A DNA stretch of 64,000 bases from an uncultured Thermodesulfobacteriota bacterium (GCA_964387595.1 CAYLYF010000004.1:2139-66138), one strand, 5' to 3'. Counted from the stretch's first letter, positions 36,687 through 46,578 are shown. Program-made: numbers and translations. Notes: generated by a model not told the origin, from the letters alone.

Positions 36687-38591
36687 ATGTTCGGATGGGC
36701 AGGAAAAATAATGGTCGTTGATCTGACCGAAAGGGAGATCTCTTTCCTTAAAACAAAGGATTATTCAGATAAATATATCGGTGGACTGGGGGTGGGGCTG
36801 AAGCTGTACTGGGACATGGCCTCAGGAAAGGTCAATGCGTTTCACCCGGATAATCCGCTTATTTTAATGACAGGGCCTTTGGCCGGAACAAAAGCGCCTT
36901 CAGCGCCAAGGTTTCTTGTCTGCGGAAAATCACCCTGTATTTATCCAGAAACTTTTGTGAATGCCAATATGGGGGGGCACATTGCTGTTGATCTCAAAAA
37001 AGCCGGATATGACGGTATGGTTATTAAAGGCCGGGCGGACAGCCCTGTCTATTTAAGTATTGAAAATGAAAAGGTGGAAATAAAAGATGCCGGGCATTTG
37101 TGGGGCCTTGGCAATTTTAAAACACGTGAGATCCTCCAGAATGAGTACAGCGGTAAACATGGCATCCTCTCAATCGGTCCTGCGGGAGAGAACCTGACCT
37201 GTTTTGCCATCCTTTTTACGGATGAAGGCAGTACCGCATCCATGGGCTTTGGTGCGGTCATGGGCTCAAAAAATTTGAAAGCCATTACGGTTCGCGGTAC
37301 AGGGAAGATAATAGCGGCCGATGATGAAAAAATAAAAACCATCAGGAGTCGGTTTAAGGCCATGATGGGAGAGGGTTATTTTCATCTCTTTAATAACCCG
37401 ATTATCATTCCAGGATCTGAAGTGGTGAAGCGGGTCCACTGCAGCGGCTGTCCCCAGGGCTGCTGGCGGTCCCTGCATAGAAGTCCTGCCGGAACAGAGG
37501 ATATCCGGAAATGTCAGATCGGAAACTTTTACATGATGTGGGATAAAAAACTGCATGGCAGTTTTACCGAGGCAAGTTTTGAGGCGCCCATGCTGGCCAA
37601 TGATTTCGGGGTATGCGCGCTGGATATGGTCTTTCTTCTGATGTGGATGGATCAGTGCGCACAGCAGGGAATAATCACCCAAAAAGAAACCGGTCTTGAT
37701 TTTTCACAGATGGGAAGCCGGGAGTTTCTGGAAGGCGTGCTGCAGAAGATCTGTAACAAGGAGGGCTTCGGAGAGATCCTTTCTCAGGGCGTTCTTCGTG
37801 CATCAGAAGCTTTTGGGGAGAAGTCGAAAAAGATAACAGCCAACATGCTGACACACAGCGGGCGGGCAATCGCATACGGGCCCAAAGTATTCAGTATGTC
37901 AGCGGCTATTTATGCCACAGAACCCAGACCTTTTATTACCGAACTTCATGAGATCTGTGAACCTCTGACCAAATGGGCTCTGTGGTATTTATCAAAAGGG
38001 GAAAAGAGCTATTTATCCACAGATGTTTTGAAAAAGATCGCAAAAGCGTTCTGGGGCAGTGAACAAGCCGTTGATTTTTCAACTGTTGACGGCAAGGCGC
38101 TTGCGGCCGTTAAGGTCCAGAACAGGCAGTTTATAAAAGAGTCTTTAAACCTGTGTGATTTTGCCTGGCCGGTTTATGACCCTGCTGACAGAGATGACCA
38201 TGTGGGTGACCCGACCTTAGAGGCCCAGCTTTTTTCCGCGGTTACCGGAAAAGAGCTTGATCCCGAGGCATTTGACCTGATTGGAAACCGCCTTTTTACC
38301 CTGAACCGGATGATCCTTCTTCGGGAAGGAAGAAACGGGCGTGAAGATGATGTGCTGCCGGATTTTATGTTTTTAGAACGCGAAGAGATGATCGCAGATG
38401 TTTTTGGCATGTATAATCCGGAACTTTATCTTCCGGGGAAGGGGGAAACGGTGATTTCCCGAAAAGGAAAAGCAGTTGATAAAGATGAGTTTGAAAAGAT
38501 GATGGATGAATATTATGCGCTAAGGGGCTGGGAGGTTCAGACCGGTCTGCCTGAAAAAGAGACTCTGGATAGGCTGGGGTTGAAAGATTAA
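36687..38591 (+). CDS. Aldehyde:ferredoxin oxidoreductase (W/Mo-pterin AOR) family
   Basis: GWAGKIMVVDLT, TGPLAGT, KSP, IGPAGEN, GAVMGSKNLKAI, CSGCPQGC, SLNLCDF, YYALRGW. Confidence 0.93.
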   Translation: MFGWAGKIMVVDLTEREISFLKTKDYSDKYIGGLGVGLKLYWDMASGKVNAFHPDNPLILMTGPLAGTKAPSAPRFLVCGKSPCIYPETFVNANMGGHIAVDLKKAGYDGMVIKGRADSPVYLSIENEKVEIKDAGHLWGLGNFKTREILQNEYSGKHGILSIGPAGENLTCFAILFTDEGSTASMGFGAVMGSKNLKAITVRGTGKIIAADDEKIKTIRSRFKAMMGEGYFHLFNNPIIIPGSEVVKRVHCSGCPQGCWRSLHRSPAGTEDIRKCQIGNFYMMWDKKLHGSFTEASFEAPMLANDFGVCALDMVFLLMWMDQCAQQGIITQKETGLDFSQMGSREFLEGVLQKICNKEGFGEILSQGVLRASEAFGEKSKKITANMLTHSGRAIAYGPKVFSMSAAIYATEPRPFITELHEICEPLTKWALWYLSKGEKSYLSTDVLKKIAKAFWGSEQAVDFSTVDGKALAAVKVQNRQFIKESLNLCDFAWPVYDPADRDDHVGDPTLEAQLFSAVTGKELDPEAFDLIGNRLFTLNRMILLREGRNGREDDVLPDFMFLEREEMIADVFGMYNPELYLPGKGETVISRKGKAVDKDEFEKMMDEYYALRGWEVQTGLPEKETLDRLGLKD

Positions 38592-38965
38592 AAATGCCTA
38601 AAAGAATTGAAGCGTTTTAAGATCAAAACAAAGACATTAAAAATTTAGTCCCTGTTTGTTTTATCTTTTCCATAATAAAAAGCTGACATACCTTTTTCTC
38701 GCAGAGTCCACAGAGAGAATTTTATTTTTGCTTTCAAGCGCACGATTCTGAAGGCGGGATGTCCTTAATAAACATGAGTAAATCTCTGCTTTCGCGAAGA
38801 TGATCGTGTGGATATAGGTTAAGGAAACGTACAGTACGTGGGTATCTTCCCGATACTTAATGGACATTGGGTGGCCAGACATTCGGCTAATCCTCCAGAC
38901 GGCTTGCGTGCACGAGGGCTTTACTCTACATTTTTGAAGTGTGCTGAAGTACTAAGGTTACCCGA

Positions 38966-39113
38966 GAGACTGTCGAAAAAGTACATTTCATAAGACTAGA
39001 AACAAATATAGGGTATCAAATCACAAGGCCCTGTTCAAGAACATTGATCCAGGGGCATCCTCGAATGCCGTTTTTATGACCGCATTCACGCCCCGGGTTT
39101 TTTCGACAGTCTC
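38966..39113. mobile_element. 148 bp MITE-like element with perfect 15 bp terminal inverted repeats
   Basis: GAGACTGTCGAAAAA ... TTTTTCGACAGTCTC, flanked by CGA on both sides; no transposase. Confidence 0.75.
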
Positions 39114-39367
39114 CGAAATAATGTTTACTCATTAATTTTATAACTTCACTTATCTTAAAGCAAATTAAACAAAATATTTTCTACTTTTTTAATAATTTGA
39201 TTAAAACTAATAATAGATAAACCCTTAAAAAAAGTCACAAATATATTGTTTAAAACTCACCATTCCTCAAGCTTTTTCCAAGATTAATTTTTTTTAATTC
39301 TCCCCTTCTCTGCTCAGGTAAGAGTTTTGCTGCAGTTTAAATATTTTTTAATTTATAAATAATATCA

Positions 39368-41428
39368 ATGGAAAAGAAAGATATGGCCGATTCCTTAAAT
39401 TTCAGACTAGGAAAAATTGCAAAAAAAGTTTCTGGGAAGGGTTTTACTTTTATGGGGCCCTTTTTCCCTTCAGCGATATTTTTGATTATTAGTTTATTAC
39501 TCTTTTTTGTTTTTAGAATTCTTTTATATCTGAACAATCTAAGCACTGTTGCTGATGTTGAAAACAGTTTACTTGTTTTTCCAATAGGCATCCGTATAGA
39601 TGTTATCCTTTTAAGTTATCTTATTATACCGGTATTTTTGCTAATGGTTATCCTGCCTTCAAAAGCAGTCAGGATATTCAGCCCTGTTTTTTCTCTTTAT
39701 TTTGCTTTATTTTCGGCTGTTTTTGTATTTATGGAAATTGCCACATTTCCCTTTATGGCGGAATTCGATACTCGGCCGGACAGGCTTTTTGTTGAGCATA
39801 TTGCTCAGTTTAAGGAGGTTGCTGCCATGGTATTGAAGGGATATTTTACGGAATTGCTGATTGGGATTCCCTTAACGCTTCTTTGTACTGCTTTGGTTTA
39901 CTTCTTTTACCAAAATATTTTTAAGCAGTATGTTTCTTTTTCTTTTTTAAAGAGGGCAGCACTTTTTTTAGTTGTTTGTCCTTTGCTGGTTTTAGGCGCA
40001 AGATCAAGTATTGGTCATCGCCCGGCAAACATAAGTACTGCTGCTTTTTCACAAAGCCATCTGGTAAACCAGCTGGGGCTTAATTCAACCTATTCTATGG
40101 TATATGCGTATTACCGTGCAAAAAAACATGGAATAGATCCCCGAAAGATTTACGGTAGAATGGACAAAAATAAAATGTTCGAGGAGGTGCTTGTTTCGGC
40201 CGGTATATCAAAAAGTCCTGATGCTGATATTGAAAAAAGTTTATTTCATTATCAGAAATCAAATTTTCCCAGAAAACAGCCTTTAAACCTGGTTATTATC
40301 CTGGAAGAGAGTCTTGGTGCAGAATATGTGGGTTATTTAGGAGGACTTCCGCTTACGCCAAGTATTGATAAGCTGAGCAAGGAAGGAATCTCTTTTACTA
40401 AGCTTTACTCTACCGGTACAAGGACGGTTCGGGCGATAGAGGCGCTTATCTGCGGATTTTTGCCCACACCAGGAGCAAGTATTGTAAAACTGGAGCGCTC
40501 GCAACAGGGTTTTTTTACTATTGCAGGGCTTCTTGCACAACAGGGGTATGCTACCGAATTTATCTATGGCGGAGACAGTCAGTTTGACAATATGAAGTCC
40601 TTTTTCCTGTCGAATGGTTTTCAAAAAATTCATGATCAGAAAGTTTTTAATGACCCGGTTTTTGCCGGGACCTGGGGCGTGTCCGACGAAGATCTCTTTA
40701 AACAGGCAAATGAAGTTTTTAAAGCTCATAAGGATGAGCCCTTCTTTTCTCTTGTTCTGACAACCTCAAACCATGATCCATTTGAGTTTCCGGACGGCCG
40801 AATAGAGCTTTATGAGCAGCCTAAAATGTCAAGATATAATGCTATGAAGTATGCTGATTATGCGGTGGGTAGATTTTTTGAAATGGCTAAAAAAGAGAAA
40901 TATTATGAAAATACGGTTTTTTTAATTATTGCTGACCATAGCACACGTCTGCGTGGTCAGGACCTGATTCCGATTCATAAATTCAACATACCGGGTATTA
41001 TTATCGGTCCGGGTATTGGGCCCGGTAAGTATGAAAAGGTTTGCAGTCAGATCGATATGCCGTCAACCCTGCTCGATTTAATTAGAATAAGCGCCACGCA
41101 CCCTTTTATAGGAAAACCTCTTTTAAATATAGCAGAAGATGTCCCTGGCAGGGCTATAATGCAGTACGGGGAGGTCAATGCATTTATGCTCGGCAGCGAT
41201 GTGGTTATAAACCGCCCTGAAATGGAACCGTCGCAGTTTATCTATCAGAAAGGGAGACTGGTTCAGTCAGAACTTGATCCTGAACTTGCAAAAAAAGCAC
41301 TTGCACATGCTCTTTTGCCGGGATATTTGTATTATAATAGTTTATACTCTCAAGTTAAAGAAAACGGACAACGCAAAGGGGAAAAGGCTGTATCTGGTAA
41401 AAGAGAAGACAATGGAGGTGTATTATAA
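39368..41428 (+). CDS. LTA synthase/OpgB family phosphoglycerol transferase
   Basis: About five N-terminal TM segments; NLVIILEES, LTP, GTRT, WGVSD, TTSNHDPF, IADH. Confidence 0.92.
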   Translation: MEKKDMADSLNFRLGKIAKKVSGKGFTFMGPFFPSAIFLIISLLLFFVFRILLYLNNLSTVADVENSLLVFPIGIRIDVILLSYLIIPVFLLMVILPSKAVRIFSPVFSLYFALFSAVFVFMEIATFPFMAEFDTRPDRLFVEHIAQFKEVAAMVLKGYFTELLIGIPLTLLCTALVYFFYQNIFKQYVSFSFLKRAALFLVVCPLLVLGARSSIGHRPANISTAAFSQSHLVNQLGLNSTYSMVYAYYRAKKHGIDPRKIYGRMDKNKMFEEVLVSAGISKSPDADIEKSLFHYQKSNFPRKQPLNLVIILEESLGAEYVGYLGGLPLTPSIDKLSKEGISFTKLYSTGTRTVRAIEALICGFLPTPGASIVKLERSQQGFFTIAGLLAQQGYATEFIYGGDSQFDNMKSFFLSNGFQKIHDQKVFNDPVFAGTWGVSDEDLFKQANEVFKAHKDEPFFSLVLTTSNHDPFEFPDGRIELYEQPKMSRYNAMKYADYAVGRFFEMAKKEKYYENTVFLIIADHSTRLRGQDLIPIHKFNIPGIIIGPGIGPGKYEKVCSQIDMPSTLLDLIRISATHPFIGKPLLNIAEDVPGRAIMQYGEVNAFMLGSDVVINRPEMEPSQFIYQKGRLVQSELDPELAKKALAHALLPGYLYYNSLYSQVKENGQRKGEKAVSGKREDNGGVL

Positions 41429-41464
41429 ACTCCCAAAACATAAATCAAAACAGGCTGACAGTCG

Positions 41465-42526
41465 TTGAATTTCACCTTATGGTGCAAACCGTTTATGCGA
41501 AACCTTGTTTCCATCCTATGCCTCTCCACGGGGGTGTTGCTTCTTGCTGCTAAGCTTGAGGCGGTGGTAGTAGACCCATCGAGTACATCGACAGGGCTTT
41601 TTCCACAGTTCATCGTTGCCATCGTCGTATTCACGCTATTACGAGTCGGATGGCGAGCTCGGAACACCTTTGGAGAAGGACCTAGCCTGCTGTGGTTTCC
41701 TCTCCTTCTCGTAACTACTGGGTTAATGATGACGAGCTTCATCCTGATGATTTCCTGGGTAGACTACAACTTGGCTCAGCGGACCTATATTGGAGTATAT
41801 AACGAACCCTATAAGGTGTGGGCGACAAGAGGACTCGTCACCGACGGATCAGATGGTTCCCCGGTTCGGGTTCGCAACTCGATCGAAAGCATCAGCTATG
41901 CGTTCGACCAAGGGGCCAAGGGCTCCGAGGTCGACATATTTTATGATCCGAGCTTAGGCGTGTTCGTCGTCTCACATAACAGGCACTACGAAAAGCCAAA
42001 CGGAGTCATCCTGACTCTCGACACGCTGTTTGATACCGTCGGGAACGATGGGTATTTCTGGCTAGATTGGAAGAAGCTGCGCCATTTGGACAAAGACCAG
42101 CTTCAAGCTGCACTCGCAAGGCTGGAACAGCTCATGGGTCGTGGTGATTTGAGGGATCGTGTCTACATTGAAGGAGAGGCCCCGCTAAGTCTACTGACCA
42201 TAAAGCAAGCGGGCTTTCAAACGATCTATGACTGCAAACCAACTTTTGACTCGAACATCATGGGCCCAGTGGTCATAGCTTTATTCAAGGCGGTCTACTA
42301 TTTCGGAGGTTTCACGGTGATGAGTCTGAGTAGTGGTACCCGGGCGGAGCCTATCTACGGACCCAACACCCGTTGTGGGCTGAGCAACATCCCGGTGTTT
42401 CTCTACCACCTGCCCGATGACGTAGCATTTATAGATGAACTTGTTTCCTCCAAGGATGTGCGTGTTATCATTATTCGTCAGGATATCAATCGCTTTGGTT
42501 TCGTAGCCGAAAGCTCCAAGCATTAG
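41465..42526 (+). CDS. Membrane protein with glycerophosphodiester phosphodiesterase-like domain (start uncertain)
   Basis: Three hydrophobic segments, then WATRG...NSIESISYA...GSEVDIFYD...FVVSH...WLDWK; compositionally atypical. Confidence 0.6.
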   Translation: MNFTLWCKPFMRNLVSILCLSTGVLLLAAKLEAVVVDPSSTSTGLFPQFIVAIVVFTLLRVGWRARNTFGEGPSLLWFPLLLVTTGLMMTSFILMISWVDYNLAQRTYIGVYNEPYKVWATRGLVTDGSDGSPVRVRNSIESISYAFDQGAKGSEVDIFYDPSLGVFVVSHNRHYEKPNGVILTLDTLFDTVGNDGYFWLDWKKLRHLDKDQLQAALARLEQLMGRGDLRDRVYIEGEAPLSLLTIKQAGFQTIYDCKPTFDSNIMGPVVIALFKAVYYFGGFTVMSLSSGTRAEPIYGPNTRCGLSNIPVFLYHLPDDVAFIDELVSSKDVRVIIIRQDINRFGFVAESSKH

Positions 42527-42762
42527 CAAGGCTACTGGGGACGGCTAAATAATCCAGTTTTTTTATATATTATGTTAAAAGATTTTCTGCAGGAAATTTA
42601 TATTGTGGATGCTTGAATTCGTAACTGAGTGGTATAATAAATTTAAATAACTATCAGTATCTTTGATAAATTTCAGAATTCAGTTAACGTGCCAAAATTT
42701 AAAATCTTATTGGTATTGATGTTACTCGTGTTTATAATAAAGACATTTCATAAAACCAACAA

Positions 42763-43572
42763 ATGAAAAAATACATTATGGATAAAAAATTTTTCGAAAA
42801 TATATACAAGAAATACAACAAAAAAGCTTTTGTCGCGCCTGATCCGCTCCAGTTTCTTTATGATTATGACAGTACTTATGACCGGGAGATCGTTGGGCTG
42901 ATCGCCTCCTGTCTGGCTTATGGAAAAGTAACCCAAATCCTAAAGAGCGTTGGTACAATTCTTGAAAAGTTAACCCCTGAGCCTTCTGTTTTTCTAAAAA
43001 AAAGTTCACCTGCTAAAATAAAAAATTTGTTTCCCGATTTTAAACACAGGTTTACAACCGGCAGAGAAGTAAGCAGCCTGCTTGTAGCCGTAAGACATGT
43101 AATAAATACATACGGCTCACTTTACAGCTGTTTTTCCTTATGCGCCCGGCCCGAGGATTCTACCCAAATCCCCGCACTGACAAAATTTGTCGGCATCCTA
43201 AAAGAAAAAGCTCACGACATTGAAAGCCATCTTCTCCCCTCCCCTCAAAATGGCAGCGCCTGCAAGCGTCTTAATCTTTATTTGAGGTGGATGGTGAGAA
43301 AAGACAGGGTCGACCCCGGGGGCTGGGATGAACTTGAACAAAAAAAACTGACCATCCCGCTTGACACCCATATGTATAAAATCGGAACAGCCCTTGGTTT
43401 TACCTCCCGGAAACAGGCAGACCTTAAAACAGCCATAGAAATAACAGAGGGGTTCAAACTTTTATCCCCCGAAGATCCGGTCCGGTATGATTTCGCTCTG
43501 ACCCGTTTCGGAATCAGAGATGAGCTTGACATGAAAAAATTCATTACGCAAATCAAAAAAAAGAATCTCTAG
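42763..43572 (+). CDS. TIGR02757/DUF2400 family protein
   Basis: PDPLQF, DREIVGLIASCLAYG, SACKRLNLYLRWMVR, IPLDTH, DPVRYDFAL. Confidence 0.93.
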   Translation: MKKYIMDKKFFENIYKKYNKKAFVAPDPLQFLYDYDSTYDREIVGLIASCLAYGKVTQILKSVGTILEKLTPEPSVFLKKSSPAKIKNLFPDFKHRFTTGREVSSLLVAVRHVINTYGSLYSCFSLCARPEDSTQIPALTKFVGILKEKAHDIESHLLPSPQNGSACKRLNLYLRWMVRKDRVDPGGWDELEQKKLTIPLDTHMYKIGTALGFTSRKQADLKTAIEITEGFKLLSPEDPVRYDFALTRFGIRDELDMKKFITQIKKKNL

Positions 43573-43619
43573 CATGAACACATCAGCGGACTGCAAAAAA
43601 CCTACTAAGCCCCCCTCTG

Positions 43620-43665
43620 GCAAAGGACCTGCTTTTTTTAGGCTTGGAGCAGGTCCTTTGCTTTA
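43620..43665 (+). terminator. Intrinsic terminator
   Basis: GCAAAGGACCTGCT...AGCAGGTCCTTTGC 14 bp stem. Confidence 0.65.
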
Positions 43666-43843
43666 CCTTCGAAATCTAAATTCCCCATTTAAAAGAAACT
43701 CTCCCCTGTTTTTTTACTTTCATAAATCTGAAGTTGACAATGAAAATTAAATAGCGGAACATGTCTGATATATAGACATAAATACAAAAAAAACAAAACC
43801 TGTCTTGAATTTATTCAAGGATACATCTAATCAGGATACGCAT

Positions 43844-44413
43844 ATGAAAAAACGCTGCGGCTGGGTAACAGATGACCCTGTTTACCTTGAATACCACGAC
43901 ACGGAATGGGGAGTTCCTGTCCATGACGACAGACTGCTGTTTGAGTTCCTTATCCTTGAGGGTGCCCAGGCAGGACTGAGCTGGATCACGGTCCTTAAAA
44001 AAAGAGAGAATTACAGAAAAGCTTTTGATAATTTTGACCCGGCTAAAATAGCAAAATACAATAAGAACAAAACCAACGCCCTCCTTTTAAACCCGGGAAT
44101 CATAAGAAATAGACTAAAGATAGAATCTGCCATAAAAAATGCAGGGGCAATTTTAGAAATTAAAAAAAGCTTTAAAAGCTTTGAAACGTTTATCTGGCAG
44201 TTTGTAAATCACAAACCCATATTAAATAAGTGGAAAAATGACACGGATGTGCCGACGACCTCTCCTGAAGCAGAAGAAATGAGCAGAACTCTAAAGAAAA
44301 TGGGGTTTAGCTTTGTTGGACCGACAATATGCTACTCTTTTATGCAGGCAGTCGGCATGGTCAACGACCATGTAACCTCCTGCTTCCGACACAAAAAAAT
44401 CAAAAAACAATAA
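43844..44413 (+). CDS. tag: DNA-3-methyladenine glycosylase I
   Basis: RCGW, YHDTEWG, LEGAQAGLSW, IIRNRLKI, FVGPTICYSFMQAVGMVNDH..C. Confidence 0.96.
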   Translation: MKKRCGWVTDDPVYLEYHDTEWGVPVHDDRLLFEFLILEGAQAGLSWITVLKKRENYRKAFDNFDPAKIAKYNKNKTNALLLNPGIIRNRLKIESAIKNAGAILEIKKSFKSFETFIWQFVNHKPILNKWKNDTDVPTTSPEAEEMSRTLKKMGFSFVGPTICYSFMQAVGMVNDHVTSCFRHKKIKKQ

Positions 44414-44447
44414 AGGAGTTCCCTGTTAAACGCAGGAAACTCCTTTT
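44412..44447. terminator. Bidirectional terminator between tag and csp
   Basis: AAAGGAGTT...AACTCCTTT stem between convergent stops. Confidence 0.7.
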
Positions 44448-44466
44448 AAATAACGCTTATCATGTT

Positions 44467-44667
44467 TTACTGTCTTACAACCTTTTTTGCCTGTGGACCT
44501 TTCTGGCCCTGTTCTATCTCTATAGAAACCTTTTCCCCCTCATTCAGGGTACGATAACCTTCAGTCTCAATAACACTAAAATGCACGAAAACATCTCCCT
44601 GCTCTTCTGTTTCGATGAAGCCATAGCCTTTTTTTGCGTCAAACCATTTAACGGTACCTTCAGTCAT
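44467..44667 (-). CDS. Cold-shock protein
   Basis: [29 protein letters not shown]. Confidence 0.96.
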   Translation of the reverse strand: MTEGTVKWFDAKKGYGFIETEEQGDVFVHFSVIETEGYRTLNEGEKVSIEIEQGQKGPQAKKVVRQ

Positions 44668-45103
44668 CTCTCTCTTGCTCCTTTCTTAATTGTTAAAACT
44701 GCTCGTAAGGAGGCTACTTTGACTGCTGGTTTGAAACCGAATAGCAAAAGATGCAAAAACAATTTCAAACGTAGAACAAAATAACAACCAGACTTGCATA
44801 CTTAAAGTAGCAGGTAAAACAGTATACCTGTCTATATTTTTGGACTTTATATATTTTAGAAATAAAATGCAAGTTTTTTTTGTACTATTTTACTACTAAA
44901 ATAGAATTTTTTTGCATTATGAATACAGGTTAAACCTTCTTGACAAAAACCATCCATAATTATAATTACATCCTATAAAATTTCATAAATATATTATTTT
45001 AATCTCGTTATATAAGTTTTTTCTTCGATAATCTTAGCAAATATCTGATAAATATGATAACTAGTTAATATTCAAAAATACAAAAATAAAAGCAAGGACC
45101 AAT

Positions 45104-46423
45104 ATGCTTAATAACAGACTCACTGCCGGGAATTTCATCATATCTTCTCTTGGAACACCCAAAAAAAACTCTCCTTTAATAAAAGAAAAAGAACTGTTTG
45201 TAAACGAAACACAAAAAATAACGCAATCTGCAGATATGGAAGAAATAAATTCCTTAATCAGACAGGGCAAAGACCTTCCTTCTTTTGAACTTGCAGGCCC
45301 CAGGAAAAAGATATTTTTTGATTCAAAAAAGGTCAATTGCGCAATAGTGACCTGCGGAGGGCTTTGTCCCGGGATAAACGACGTTATCAGGGCCATTGTT
45401 TACGAATCATATTCAAGATATAAGGTTAATAAAGTCTATGGCTTCAGGTACGGCTACCAGGGAATGGTTAAAAAAAGCAATATCCCTCCCCTTCTTTTAG
45501 ACACGGACATGGTAAATGAGATTCATGAAAAAGGGGGCACCCTGCTGGGCTCATCCCGCGGACCTCAAAACAAAGATAAAATGGTTGATTATCTTCAGGA
45601 GCTTGACATCTCTATTCTTTTTGCAATTGGCGGAGACGGGACGTTGAGAGGGGCATCAGATATTGCATCAAAAATAAAAGAAAGAAAACTTGATATTTCA
45701 GTCATCGGCATCCCCAAAACCATTGATAATGACATTTCTTTTATTGAACAGACCTTTGGATTTGAAACAGCTGTTGAGGAAGCCCGTTCTGTGATTCAGT
45801 CGGCACATATCGAATCTAAAGGAGCTGAAAACGGCATTGGGCTGGTAAAACTGATGGGACGGGATTCCGGGTTTATTGCGGCCCAGGCAACACTTGCAAA
45901 TGCCGATGTAAACTTTTGTCTTATTCCCGAAGTACCGTTCACCCTCACCGGCAAAAACGGCATTTTCCCTCTTTTAAAAAACCGGCTTATAAAACGCAGA
46001 CATTCGGTTATTGTGGTGGCTGAAGGCGCCGGTCAGGACCTGATAGAAAAAGAGCATGAAAGCATCAAAGAAAGAAGGATAGATGCTTCAGGAAATATTC
46101 TGAACAAGGACATCGGAATTTTCTTAAAAGACAAGATCACCTTATATTTCAGAAAAAACAGATTTCCGATAACCGTAAAATACATTGATCCCAGCTACAT
46201 TATCCGCAGCAAACCGGCAAACGCAAATGATTCTGTTTTCTGTCTTCAAATCGGTCAAAATGCGGTTCATGCCGGAATGGCCGGAAAAACCGATATGCTC
46301 GTCAGTTACTGGAACCACAACTACACCCACGTTCCCATAAAACTTGCCACCTCAAAAAGAAAAAAGATTGATCCGGAAGAAAGACTCTGGAAAACCGTGC
46401 TTTCAATGACTGACCAGCATTGA
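45104..46423 (+). CDS. pfkA: 6-phosphofructokinase (PfkA superfamily, probably ATP-dependent)
   Basis: TCGGLCPG, GGTLLGSSRG, IGGDGT, PKTIDND, MGRDSG, IDPSYIIRS. Confidence 0.93.
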   Translation: MLNNRLTAGNFIISSLGTPKKNSPLIKEKELFVNETQKITQSADMEEINSLIRQGKDLPSFELAGPRKKIFFDSKKVNCAIVTCGGLCPGINDVIRAIVYESYSRYKVNKVYGFRYGYQGMVKKSNIPPLLLDTDMVNEIHEKGGTLLGSSRGPQNKDKMVDYLQELDISILFAIGGDGTLRGASDIASKIKERKLDISVIGIPKTIDNDISFIEQTFGFETAVEEARSVIQSAHIESKGAENGIGLVKLMGRDSGFIAAQATLANADVNFCLIPEVPFTLTGKNGIFPLLKNRLIKRRHSVIVVAEGAGQDLIEKEHESIKERRIDASGNILNKDIGIFLKDKITLYFRKNRFPITVKYIDPSYIIRSKPANANDSVFCLQIGQNAVHAGMAGKTDMLVSYWNHNYTHVPIKLATSKRKKIDPEERLWKTVLSMTDQH

Positions 46424-46460
46424 TGTCCCTCTCGAAATTTCCAGTATCTCCGCAAACATA

Positions 46461-46501
46461 AAAAAAGCCCCTGCAACAATAAAAAAGTGCGGGGGCTTTT
46501 T
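46461..46501 (+). terminator. Intrinsic terminator after pfk
   Basis: AAAAAGCCCCTGC...GCGGGGGCTTTTT. Confidence 0.7.
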
Positions 46502-46578
46502 ATAATATCTAATTAGAGCATTTTCATAACGTGTAACCATTGCGCAACAAAAGGCTGAAGCGGTACAATCAAAAAGTC

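Noticed and set aside
1840-38591. Alternative reading as phycobilin or heme biosynthesis locus
   Set aside because: No heme oxygenase, lyase, apoprotein or core hem gene; the context is catabolic and the HemF-like active site is degenerate.
38640-38960. GC-richer noncoding stretch and 73 aa minus ORF after the AOR gene
   Set aside because: No recognisable RNA family, repeat or protein motif that I can support.
43761-43779. Palindrome ATGTCT-N7-AGACAT upstream of tag as a dif site or SOS-type box
   Set aside because: Does not fit the 11-6-11 dif layout and occurs once; cannot be assigned.
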